From the NCBI GenBank assembly GCA_002269645.1, contig NIVC01001226.1, positions 1-64,000 of the forward strand: 64,000 bases of DNA, written 5' to 3'. The position numbers and the translations under genes were made by a program. Positions 1 to 10,746 of the stretch are shown one piece after another; the first letter of the stretch is position 1; the number at the start of each line of letters is the position of its first letter. The notes below the pieces were generated by a model. That model saw only the letters and a program-made list of their open reading frames with translations. It did no database searches and had not been told where the DNA came from. The stretch comes from Macrostomum lignano (taxonomy: Eukaryota).

Positions 1-3000
1 AGCCGGAGACCAGAGCAGTGAGAGAACAAACTGTTGGCTATCCGACTGAGAACGATTTCATTCATCACTATGCACTCCTACGGGCAGGACTGGATGGTGC
101 CGTACGGGTGAGCCGACTGGGTGGGTTTTCATGAGAAATTCATTCGCGTACATAAACTTCTACACCCTGTGTGAGCGTGTGCATGAGTGCTGTGCCTGAG
201 TACAGTATTGGTGCTTGTGTGCTAAGGAGTGTGCGGAACGGCAGAATTGCCTCTCACTATTGCTGATTGGTCGTGGGACAGCAGCAAGGTTTCAGTCAAC
301 AACAGACAAATAGATTTCATTTGTCTTTCATTTCATTTGATTTAGAGTCAACAACAGATTAATAGATTTAGCAGTCAACAACAGACAAAGAGTTTAGCAG
401 TCAACAACAGACAAATAGATTTCGCAGTCAAACAACAGCAAATAGATTTCAGTCAACAACAGACAAATAGATTTCGCAGTCACAACAGACAAATAGATTT
501 CGCAGTCAACAACAGACAAAGAGTTTTAGCAGTCAACAACAGACAAATAGATTTCGCAGTCAACAACAGACAAAGAGTTTTAGCAGTCAACAACAGACAA
601 ATAGATTCAGTCAACAACAGACAAATAGATTTCAGTCAACAACAGACAAATAGATTTCGCAGTCAACACAGATAAATAGATTTCGCAGTCAACAACAGAC
701 AAAGAGGTTTAGCAGTCAACAACAGACAAATAGATTTAGCAGTCAACAACAGACAAATAGATTTCGCAGTCAACAACAGATAAATAGATTTCGCAGTCAA
801 CAACAGAAAAGAGTTTTAGCAGTCAACAACAGACAAATAGATTTCGCAGTCAACAACAGACAAATAGATTTCATTCACAACAGACAAATAGATTTTGCAG
901 TCAACAAAAGACAAATAGATTTCAGTCAACAACAGACAAATAGATTTCGCAGTCAACAACAGACAAAGAGTTTTAGCAGTCAACAACAGACAAAGAGTTT
1001 TAGCAGTCAACAACAGACAAATAGATTTCAGTCAACAAACAGACAAATAGATTTCGCAGTCAACAACAGACAAATAGATTTCGCAGTCAACAACAGACAA
1101 ATAGATTTCGCAGTCAACAACAGACAAATAGATTTCGCAGTCAACAACAGATAAATAGATTTCGCAGTCAACAACAGACAAAGAGGTTTAGCAGTCAACA
1201 ACAGACAAATAGATTTAGCAGTCAACAACAGACAAATAGATTTCGCAGTCAACAACAGATAAATAGATTTCGCAGTCAACAACAGACAAAGAGTTTTAGC
1301 AGTCAACAACAGACAAATAGATTTCGCAGTCAACAACAGGCAAATAGATTTCGTAGTCAACAACAGACAAATAGATTTCAGTCAACAACAGACACATATA
1401 GATTTCAGTCAACAACAGACAAAGAGATTTCAGTCAACAACAGACAAATAGATTTCAGTCAACAACAGACAAATAGATTTCGCAGTCAACAACAGACAAA
1501 TAGATTTCGCAGTCAACAACAGCCAAATAGATTTCGCAGTCAACAACAGACAATAGATTTCAGTCAACAACAGACAAATAGATTTCGCAGTCAACAACAG
1601 ACAAATAGATTTAGCAGTCAACAACAGACAAATAGATTTCGCAGTCAAAACAGACAAATAGATTTCGCAGTCAACAACAGATAAATAGATTTCGCAGTCA
1701 ACAACAGACAAAGAGGTTTAGCAGTCAACAACAGACAAATAGATTTAGCAGTCAACAACAGACAAATAGATTTCGCAGTCAACAACAGATAAATAGATTT
1801 CGCAGTCAACAACAGACAAAGAGTTTTAGCAGTCAACAACAGACAAATAGATTTCGCAGTCAACAACAGGCAAATAGATTTCGGAGTCAACAACAGACAA
1901 ATAGATTTCAGTCAACAACAGACACATATAGATTTCAGTCAACAACAGACAAAGAGATTTCAGTCAACAACAGACAAATAGATTTCAGTCAACAACAGAC
2001 ACATATAGATTTCAGTCAACAACAGACACATATAGATTTCAGTCAACAACAGACACATATAGATTTCAGTCAACAACAGACAAATAGATTTCGCAGTCAA
2101 CAACAGACAAATAGATTTCGCAGTCAACAACAGCCAAATAGATTTGCGCAGTCAACAACAGACAAATAGATTTCAGTCAACAACAGACAAAGAGATTTCG
2201 CAGTCAACAACAGGCAAATAGATTTCGCAGTCAACAACAGACAAAGAGATTTCGCAGTCAACAACAGACAAATAGATTTCGCAGTCAACAACAGACAAAT
2301 AGATTTCAGTCAACAACAGACAAATAGATTTCGCAGTCAACAACAGACAAATAGATTTCGCAGTCAACAACAGACAAATAGATTTCGCAGTCAACAACAG
2401 ACAAATAGATTTCGCAGACAACAACAGACAAATAGATTTCAGTCAACAACAGACAAATAGATTTCGCAGTCAACAACAGACAAATAGATTTCGCAGTCAA
2501 CAACAGACAAATAGATTTCGCAGTCAACAACAGACAAATAGATTTCGCAGTCAACAACAGACAAATAGATTTCGCAGTCAACAACAGACAAATAGATTTC
2601 GCAGTCAACAACAGACAAATAGATTTCGCAGTCAACAACAGACAAAAAGATTTCGCAGTCAACAACAGACAAATAGATTTCAGTCAACAACAGAGCAAAT
2701 AGATTTCGCAGTCAACAACAGACAAATAGATTTCGCAGTCAACAACAGACAAATAGATTTCGCAGTCAACAACAGACAAATAGATTTCAGTCAACAACAG
2801 ACAAATAGATTCGCAGTCAACAACAGACAAATAGATTTCGCAGTCAACAACAGACAAATAGATTTCAGTCAACAACAGACAAATAGATTTCGCAGTCAAC
2901 AACAGACAATAGATTTCGCAGTCAACAACAGACAAAAAGATTTCGCAGTCAACAACAGACAAATAGATTTCAGTCAACAACAGACAAATAGATTTCGCAG

Positions 3001-5983
3001 TCAACAACAGACAAATAGATTTCGCAGTCAACAACAGACAAATAGATTTCAGTCAACAACAGACAAATAGATTTCGCAGTCAAGAACAGACAAATAGATT
3101 TCGCAGTCAACAACAGACAAATAGATTTCGCAGTCAACAACAGACAAATAGATTTCAGTCAACAACAGACAAATAGATTTCGCAGTCAACAACAGACAAA
3201 TAGATTTCGCAGTCAACAACAGACAAATAGATTTCAGTCAACAACAGACAAATAGATTTCGCAGTCAACAACAGACAAATAGATTTCGCAGTCAACAACA
3301 GACAAAAAGATTTCGCAGTCAACAACAGACAAATAGATTTCAGTCAACAACAGACAAATAGATTTCGCAGTCAACAACAGACAAATAGATTTCGCAGTCA
3401 ACAACAGACAAATAGATTTCGCAGTCAACAACAGACAAATAGATTTCAGTCAACAACAGACAAATAGATTTCGCAGTCAACAACAGACAAAAAGATTTCG
3501 CAGTCAACAACAGACAAAAAGATTTCGCAGTCAACAACAGACAAATAGATTTCAGTCAACAACAGACAAAAAGATTTCGCAGTCAACAACAGACAAAAAG
3601 ATTTCGCAGTCAACAACAGACAAATAGATTTCGCAGTCAACAACAGACAAAAAGATTTCGCAGTCAACAACAGACAAAAAGATTTCGCAGTCAACAACAG
3701 ACAAAAAGATTTCGCAGTCAACAACAGACAAATAGATTTCAGTCAACAACAGACAAAAAGATTTCGCAGTCAACAACAGACAAATAGATTTCGCAGTCAA
3801 CAACAGACAAATAGATTTCAGTCAACAACAGACAAATAGATTTCGCAGTCAACAACAGACAAATAGATTTCGCAGTCAACAACAGACAAATAGATTTCGC
3901 AGTCAACAACAGACAAATAGATTTCGCAGTCAACAACAGACAAATAGATTTCAGTCAACAACAGACAAATAGATTTCGCAGTCAACAACAGACAAATAGA
4001 TTTCGCAGTCAACAACAGACAAATAGATTTCGAAGTCAACAACAGACAAAAAGATTTCGCAGTCAACAACAGACAAAAGATTTCGCAGTCAACAACAGAC
4101 AAATAGATTTCGCAGTCAACAACAGACAAATAGATTTCGCAGTCAACAACAGACAAATAGATTTCGCAGTCAACAACAGACAAATAGATTTCGCAGTCAA
4201 CAACAGACAAATAGATTTCGCAGTCAACAACAGACAAATAGATTTCAGTCAACAACAGACAAATAGATTTCGCAGTCAACAACAGACAAATAGATTTCGC
4301 AGTCAACAACAGACAAATAGATTTCGCAGTCAACAACAGACAAATAGATTTCAGTCAACAACAGACAAATAGATTTCGCAGTCAACAACAGACAAATAGA
4401 TTTCGCAGTCAACAACAGACAAATAGATTTCGCAGTCAACAACAGACAAATAGATTTAGCAGTCAACAACAGCCAAATAGATTTCAGTCAACAACAGACA
4501 AAGAGATTTCGCAGTCAACAACAGACAAATAGATTTCAGTCAAAAACAGACAAATAGATTTCGCAGTCAACAACAGACAAATAGATTTCAGTCAACAACA
4601 GACAAATAGATTTCGCAGTCAACAACAGACAAAAAGATTTCGCAGTCAACAACAGACAAAAAGATTTCGCAGTCAACAACAGACAAATGGATTTCAGTCA
4701 ACAACAGACAAATAGATTTCGCAGTCAACAACAGACAAATAGATTTCGCAGTCAACAACAGACAAATAGATTTCGCAGTCAACAACAGACAAATAGATTT
4801 CGCAGACAACAACAGATTTCAGTCAACAACAGACAAATAGATTTCGCAGTCAACAACAGACAAATAGATTTCGCAGTCAACAACAGACAAATAGATTTCG
4901 CAGTCAACAACAGACAAATAGATTTCGCAGACAACAACAGACAAATAGATTTCAGTCAACAACAGACAAATAGATTTCGCAGTCAACAACAGACAAATAG
5001 ATTTCGCAGTCAACAACAGACAAATAGATTTCGCAGTCAACAACAGACAAATAGATTTCAGTCAACAACAGACAAATAGATTTCGCAGTCAACAACAGAC
5101 AAATAGATTTCGCAGTCAACAACAGACAAATAGATTTCGCAGTCAACAACAGACAAATAGATTTCGCAGTCAACAACAGACAAATAGATTTCGCAGTCAA
5201 CAACAGACAAATAGATTTCGCAGACAACAACAGACAAATAGATTTCAGTCAACAACAGACAAATAGATTTCGCAGTCAACAACAGACAAATAGATTTCGC
5301 AGTCAACAACAGACAAATAGATTTCGCAGTCAACAACAGACAAATAGATTTCGCAGACAACAACAGACAAATAGATTTCAGTCAACAACAGACAAATAGA
5401 TTTCGCAGTCAACAACAGACAAATAGATTTCGCAGTCAACAACAGACAAATAGATTTCGCAGTCAACAACAGACAAATAGATTTCAGTCAACAACAGACA
5501 AAGAGATTTCGCAGTCAACAACAGGCAAATAGATTTCGCAGTCAACAACAGACAAATAGATTTCAGTCAACAACAGACAAATAGATTTCAGTCAACAACA
5601 GACAAATAGATACCGGCTTCTCAGACCTGAGAAACCGACTCATTCCCACCACTAAAACCAGGTACGCTTACAACGTTAGCGTAGACAACTATGCTCAGAT
5701 GATGCGACCAGTGCAAGCTGCAGCAGACAAACTGAAATCGCTCGGCCGCAACTATGACATCGGCAACTCGGCCGTGGTCACCTATCCCGCAGCGGGAGCT
5801 TCAGATGACTACGCGGCAAGCATTGGGGTGCCCTATGCTCACACAATCGAATTGCCAGACACGGGTCAGTATCGCTTCCTACTGCCGCAGAGTGAAATAC
5901 CCAGAGTTGGCTTGGAGACGCTGGAGGCTCTCAAAGTCTATTTGGGGTATATTGCGGCCGCTAATCAGCCAAGGGATGAATGA
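1..5983 (+). CDS. CPB: M14A zinc carboxypeptidase B-like, copy 0 (last two exons only: <1-107 and 5662-5983)
   Basis: The exon ending ITMHSYGQDWMVPYG|gtgagc at 107 splices (phase 2) to aaaccag|G TAC GCT... YPAAGASDDY...TIELPDTGQYRFLLP...stop 5983. There is one extra A near position 25 relative to the other copies (frameshift or consensus error). Confidence 0.85.
291..5610 (+). repeat. 27/25-bp minisatellite (AGTCAACAACAGACAAATAGATTTCGC), ~5.3 kb, in carboxypeptidase intron 7
   Basis: Direct tandem repeat. The 25-bp variant lacks GC; the 5' end is more degenerate. Confidence 0.98.
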
Positions 5984-5997
5984 TTGAAGATTTACAT

Positions 5998-6003
5998 AAT
6001 AAA
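5998..6003 (+). promoter_or_regulatory. Probable polyadenylation signal of the carboxypeptidase
   Basis: AATAAA lies 14 nt after the stop codon and is followed by AT-rich sequence; an AATAAA is also present at this position in the other two copies. Confidence 0.5.
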
Positions 6004-6047
6004 TTTAACTAACATTACAAAACAGTTTAAAATCTTAACAATGTAAT

Positions 6048-6278
6048 CAGTTGTCGGCAACCTTTTTACTTCAAGGGCCAAATATAAAAGTCTTGATGAT
6101 TGCTGCGGGCCGGATGATAGATGACAGATTAGAGAGGTGAGAGAAAAGATTAGATAAAAGATAAGAGATGAGATGAGAGGAGAGAGCTGAGAAGAGACAC
6201 AAACCTTGAGCGGGCTGGATTGCTATAGTGAAGTTTCAAAGGATCAAAGGAATTGTTTCAAAGGCCGGATAGAGAGGT
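6048..6278 (+). mobile_element. Fragment of a hAT/Charlie-like non-autonomous DNA transposon (left end); also near 22147 and 39288
   Basis: Starts CAGTTGTCGGCAACCTTTTT..AAGGGCCA..GCGGGCCGGAT, resembling Charlie-type left termini. No matching right TIR was found. Confidence 0.4.
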
Positions 6279-7599
6279 GAAATACATATTTCACCCCTAC
6301 ACTTCTACGGTAAAATTACCCCTGCACTATTAATTTTAACGGTTTTCCTTAATTAACGGTTTTAATTTTAACGACTTCTGCTATCCAATTCTACTGTATT
6401 ATTACAGTTTTGCACTTAACTCATTACTATCGCAAAAACGAAAAATAAATCCGATAAAATCACTCACAAAAGTAGATAAACTTCGTTAACAGAAAATGTT
6501 CAATTTTTTTCAAACAAAATCTGAAGTAAATTATAACAAAATAATAGAAATATGTCAATGGTTTGGAATGTTTAAAACAATCTTTGAGATAAAATCGGTC
6601 TGGAATTTATTGAAACCGGCATAAAAAACTGTGAGCTTGGAAATTATAGTGCTTATTAAATACTAGACAGTATAATTATAGTTTGAAAGATATAAGAAGC
6701 ATAATACATGATAATATATACACCACGCAAAAAGTGAGTAAGATAAGCACTGAAAGATGCAGGTTAGCATAATTGCGCATCATATTTTAACAGTAAAACG
6801 AGTGAAATAAATAAATAATTCCGGAAAAAATTACTAATTAACCTGCTAACTATTTCGGCTGAAAGGAGATTCAATGTGACAAATATGAGAATATTTGCAA
6901 CATATTTTAATTTGAAGGCACACACAATAAAGGAAAAAGTAATCAAGTTTTGAATTATGAGCAACAATGCTCGATAAAAACCTGCTATGCTTGCACAATA
7001 GATTGAGATTGCAAATAGAATTTCTGTATAAATTATTACAGATAGTGCACCTGAATATTGCAAAAATAAATTATTGAACAGGGCTCTAAAACTGCAGTTT
7101 TTTCTAAATACGAAATTATTACAAGCAAAAATTTGAAGAAATGTTTAACTTGCTTAAAGCTGCAATTTTTGGTTTATTTTTTTGTTAAATTGGCTGAGCT
7201 CAAATTGCTCATCAATAAGTTTTTAACAATTTTGACTCTCTGATGTGCCAGCGGCCCAGGCTCGATTCCAAGTGCAGTCACATTAATTTGGGGCTAAATT
7301 GGAATCTCGGCTTGGCTCTGCTCGTGCAATTAATGTCATTAAGAGCCAACCCCCCAAGGCACAGTGAAGTGTACATGCCCAACGATTAATAAAGTTAAGG
7401 CCGCTGTACACTCCTGTGTGTGTGCCTGTGCGTATGACTGCGTACGTATCCGCGCGCTAGTGTGCCTGCTCAGGGGAGTCGGCGGAATGGGGGCAGCAAT
7501 GCCTCTCGCCGGTTGTGCGACAATGTCGCTTAAAGTGCGCCCGAGTGCATACAGCTCCATGCCTCTAATAAAAAATCTCTTCAGTGCATTTTTCAAGCG

Positions 7600-7980
7600 A
7601 ATTGTCTATGGCCCAACCCACTAAGCTGTCACTCAGTTTGAAACCGGCACTGCAGATAATTTTTTTTACTTTAGTCATTGAATTGTCTTTGGCCCAACCC
7701 CACTAAGCTGTCACTCAGTTTGAAACGGCACTGCAGATAAAGTTTGTTTTTTTACTTTAGTCATTGAATTGTCTATGGCCCAACCCCACTGAGCTGTCAC
7801 TCAGTTTGAAACCGGCACTGCAGATAAAGTTTGTTTTTTACTTTAGTCATTGAATTGTCTTTGGCCAACCCCACTGAGCTGTCACTCAGTTTGAAACCGG
7901 CACTGCAGATAAAGTTTGTTTTTTACTTTAGTCATTGAATTGTCTATGGCCCAACCCCACTGAGCTGTCACTCAGTTTGA
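7600..7980. repeat. ~87-bp minisatellite (4 units) built from the splice acceptor and 3' end of the RUN-gene last exon
   Basis: Unit is TTGTCTATGGCCCAACCCCACTGAGCTGTCACTCAGTTTGAAACCGGCACTGCAGATAAAGTTTG...TCATTGAA. There are 2 units at 23701-23910 and 11 units at 40855-41843. Confidence 0.93.
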
Positions 7981-8419
7981 CCCCAGCGAGGCGGCAGATT
8001 TTGGCCTCGGCAGCCGACTGGCAGAAGTCGATCGAAATTTTCTAGCAACAGCACCGGAGCTTTGCCGCTGCTCAGTTTGAGACGCCGGCATAGGCCAGTA
8101 GTTGCGGCGCCGATTGGCATGTTGCCGATGTTGCTGCTTTTGCATCAGCTGGAGCCGGTCAAGAAGACTGCATAGGCGAGCTAACGAATTCAAACTGGCT
8201 GGTGTACCCTGTCTCAGCAGGGCTAGCGGGCGATAGTTACGCTTGAGTAGGGTCGGTGTTTGAGCACAGGTGCTTTAGCCAGGCTGACAAGAAACCGGCA
8301 CTGCAGATAAAGTTTGCTTTTTTACTTTAGTCATTAAATTTGAGCACAAATACTAGGAAAGCAAATCCCATTAATCTCTTAACCATGCAATCTAATCAAA
8401 ACACTTATTGACAATCCAC

Positions 8420-8990
8420 TAGGGTTGTAGCCTCCTCAAGACTCACGACTGAAAGGTTAGGGTTCGTTTCCCGATCCCACTGGAACAATTTGTGTCCTTG
8501 AGAGCAAGACACTCAACTCTGCATTGCTTGAGTTCACCCAGCTGTAAAATGGTGCCAGCATTAGCTGGGGGAATTGAGGGTGTGTGTGGCGACCCCCCCC
8601 CCCAGTCCTTGGACTGAACAGCCTTTAGACTGCGCCACACAGTAGCTGCGGCCATACATGCGCAACCTTCAAAAATCGGTCGGCCGTGTGACTTAGTTTT
8701 AATAAAAATGCGACGTAGTTTTTGGCCAAAAAATGCGACTTACATATTAAAAAAACCCAAGCAAAATTAACGCAACTTTGGGTAAACAACATAAGTAACT
8801 ATGACTGTCTTATTAAGCCAACATGCCTCGTCAGCTACTTAGTACTACCACTTGAGTATCTGTTCGGGTGGGCATTTTGCGACTTCTTTGTTTGGCTGCC
8901 AAATCGGTCGGCCGTCGGCCGACTCGGCCGACTGTTATGCATGTATGGCTGCGGCTGTGTCGGTTGCGCATCTGCCTATTATGGCAGGTG
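8420..8990 (+). mobile_element. tRNA-derived CORE-type SINE interrupted by a MITE; copies at ~24350-24925 and ~42283-42858
   Basis: B-box-like GGTTCGTTTCCC at 8461 is followed by GTGTCCTTGAGAGCAAGACACTCAACTCTG...CCAGCTGTAAAATGG, resembling the MIR/AFC CORE domain (GTGACCTTGGGCAAGTCACTTAACCTCT...CTGTAAAATGGG). Boundaries are approximate. Confidence 0.65.
8653..8947. mobile_element. Non-autonomous DNA transposon (hAT- or P-like) with 8-bp TSD; copies at 24583-24878 and 42516-42811
   Basis: Termini CATACATGC...GCATGTATG are flanked by a perfect direct repeat GCTGCGGC (8645-8652 and 8948-8955). Confidence 0.85.
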
Positions 8991-9784
8991 TAATCAATTA
9001 ACTATGCTTTTCTCCTAAACCTCCCATTCCATGTATCAAAGCTAATTTCCACTCACTTTAAACAGGCAACGACAAAGGCATCGAATCGGCCCTGTTCGCC
9101 ATTTGATTCGCTTTTCGAAGCATTTATTTGACGCACAATGGCCGACAGCTTTGGACCAATCGGTACTGCGGAAATTTGGAAATGTAAAATCAATAGATTG
9201 AGACGCAAAGCAATCGAACCCCCTCGTTCGTGGGTTCTGAGACTCACCGCAACTGGCACAAGACTCTTCAACCAGCAGACACAGCGGCGAAGCCATCAGT
9301 CTGCTTTTCTTTAACAGCAGATTTCTCTGTTGAACAGTTCTAGCCTTGCTAACATTGCCGCCAAATTGGTTGACAAATTCGGCTGTGGACCAAGCGCTGG
9401 ACATTGCTAAACCGTTGCTAACTAGACTGTACAATGAGCGGCACAGTAAACCTACAATAACAGATGAAGATTGACCGTTGCTAGGCAAACTGCAGATCGA
9501 TATCAGCTGTTCGACAGCAGACGCGGCTTGAGCAGACAATCGATTGAGTTGGCGAGTAGGCGATTCGGGAACTGGAAGGCGAGGTGGCGCAGCAGTTTGA
9601 GCCGGTTTGCTGGACACTGGCGAGCCGCAGAATTCCAAAGGCTGGCTGTCCTCGTCGTCGCCATAGAGACCAACTGACTGGGGTATTACCTGGTCTCGGG
9701 AAATATTGTTGAGCACGGGGGAGTTTGAGCACGGATTGATTGGTTAATTAGTCTTCAGGATGTCAAGTTAGTCTATAGGAAGCT

Positions 9785-10095
9785 ATATCTATCTTTGGGA
9801 TTTTTCAGTTAGCCAGTAGGAAATACGGGGAATTTTGTTAGAATTAGTCAGTGGGAATCATGGGAATGTTTTAGAATTAGTCAGTGGGAATCATGGGGAA
9901 TGTTTTTAGAATTAGTCAGTGGGAATCATGGGAAAATTTTTTGGAATTAGCCAAAGGGAATCATGAGGAACTTTTTCAGAATTAGTCAGTGGGAAATTGG
10001 AATCATGGGGAACTTTTTTAGAATTAGTCAGTGGGAATCATGGGGAATGTTTTTATAATTAGTCAGTGGGAATCATGGGGAATTTTAATCAGTGG
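9785..10095. repeat. ~34-bp minisatellite (GAATTAGTCAGTGGGAATCATGGGGAA..TTTTA) in a RUN-gene intron; also ~25750-26380 and ~43690-43900
   Basis: Direct tandem repeat; copy number differs among units. Confidence 0.92.
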
Positions 10096-10746
10096 AACTA
10101 TAGAGAATTTTTCTAGTTAATAAGAAGGAATCATCTGGGAATTATTTAGCCCGTGGGAATGATGGAGAATGTATGTATGATCAGGGATACTGAAAGCAAG
10201 GTTCAGAGCCAGCTCAGAATAACAATTCTCACATGGAAGTCTTGCCCGATCAGGGAGAGCTTGCCGGTGGCACAGACAAGCACCTGCTAGCAGCATGATC
10301 GTCGCAGCTTGAGCAGCGAACTTTCTGACGCCTCCTGCTGCGTCCGCGACTTGACCTGGGAGCAGCAGCAGCAGCAGCAGCCGGAGCATCTGCACTAGAA
10401 GCAGAGACGGCGCCAATTCCTCCGCTAGGTGGCCTTCTCCGCCTCGAACAGCGACTGCTTGGATTGCTGCTACTAGAGAAGTCAGGCAGATTGGTGGAGA
10501 CGCCAGCCGGCAACTCTTGGCGTAGAAATGCCAGATCTGGCAAATTTGAACAGCTGACAGCCGATCGAAGTAGTTGGTTGGATTCCAGCTTTTGATCGCT
10601 ACTATTATTATTATCATTATGCCGAACTAATAACGATTGTGGATGTTGAAGAATTCTCAGATTTGAAGGCCGACGATCGGATTTCAGGCCGCGCCAAGTT
10701 GTACGCCTGGAGCAAGGCGGGGCGGCCTGTCTGGTCTGGCAAGGAC

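Larger units (their letters stand above)
7972..10746 (-). pseudogene. RUSC-like RUN-domain gene, 5'-truncated duplicate (copy 0): exons 10746-10233, ~9677-9248, 9165-9057, 8300-7972
   Basis: Same exons as the copy at 41836-44826 but cut at the duplication junction. It has a 1-bp deletion near 10261 and a 1-bp insertion near 8250 relative to the other copies. Confidence 0.75.

Noticed and set aside
816-5469. Many ORFs such as LLLTAKSIC, EIYLSVVDC and QQQTNRFRS (also at 20-21.7 kb and 35.7-38.7 kb)
   Set aside because: They are translations of the intronic satellite; frames switch at each 25-bp unit.
291-5610. CRISPR-like array of 27-bp repeats
   Set aside because: Units are contiguous with no unique spacers, lie inside a spliceosomal intron, and no cas genes are present.
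7255-7570. Possible tRNA or tRNA-derived SINE (GGCTCGATTCC)
   Set aside because: Only an imperfect B-box; no A-box, cloverleaf, tail or TSD could be established.
1-10300. Frameshifts in unit 0 (near 25, 8250 and 10261) as proof of pseudogenisation
   Set aside because: They are single-base indels, and this part of the window shows many such indels, so consensus error cannot be excluded without reads.
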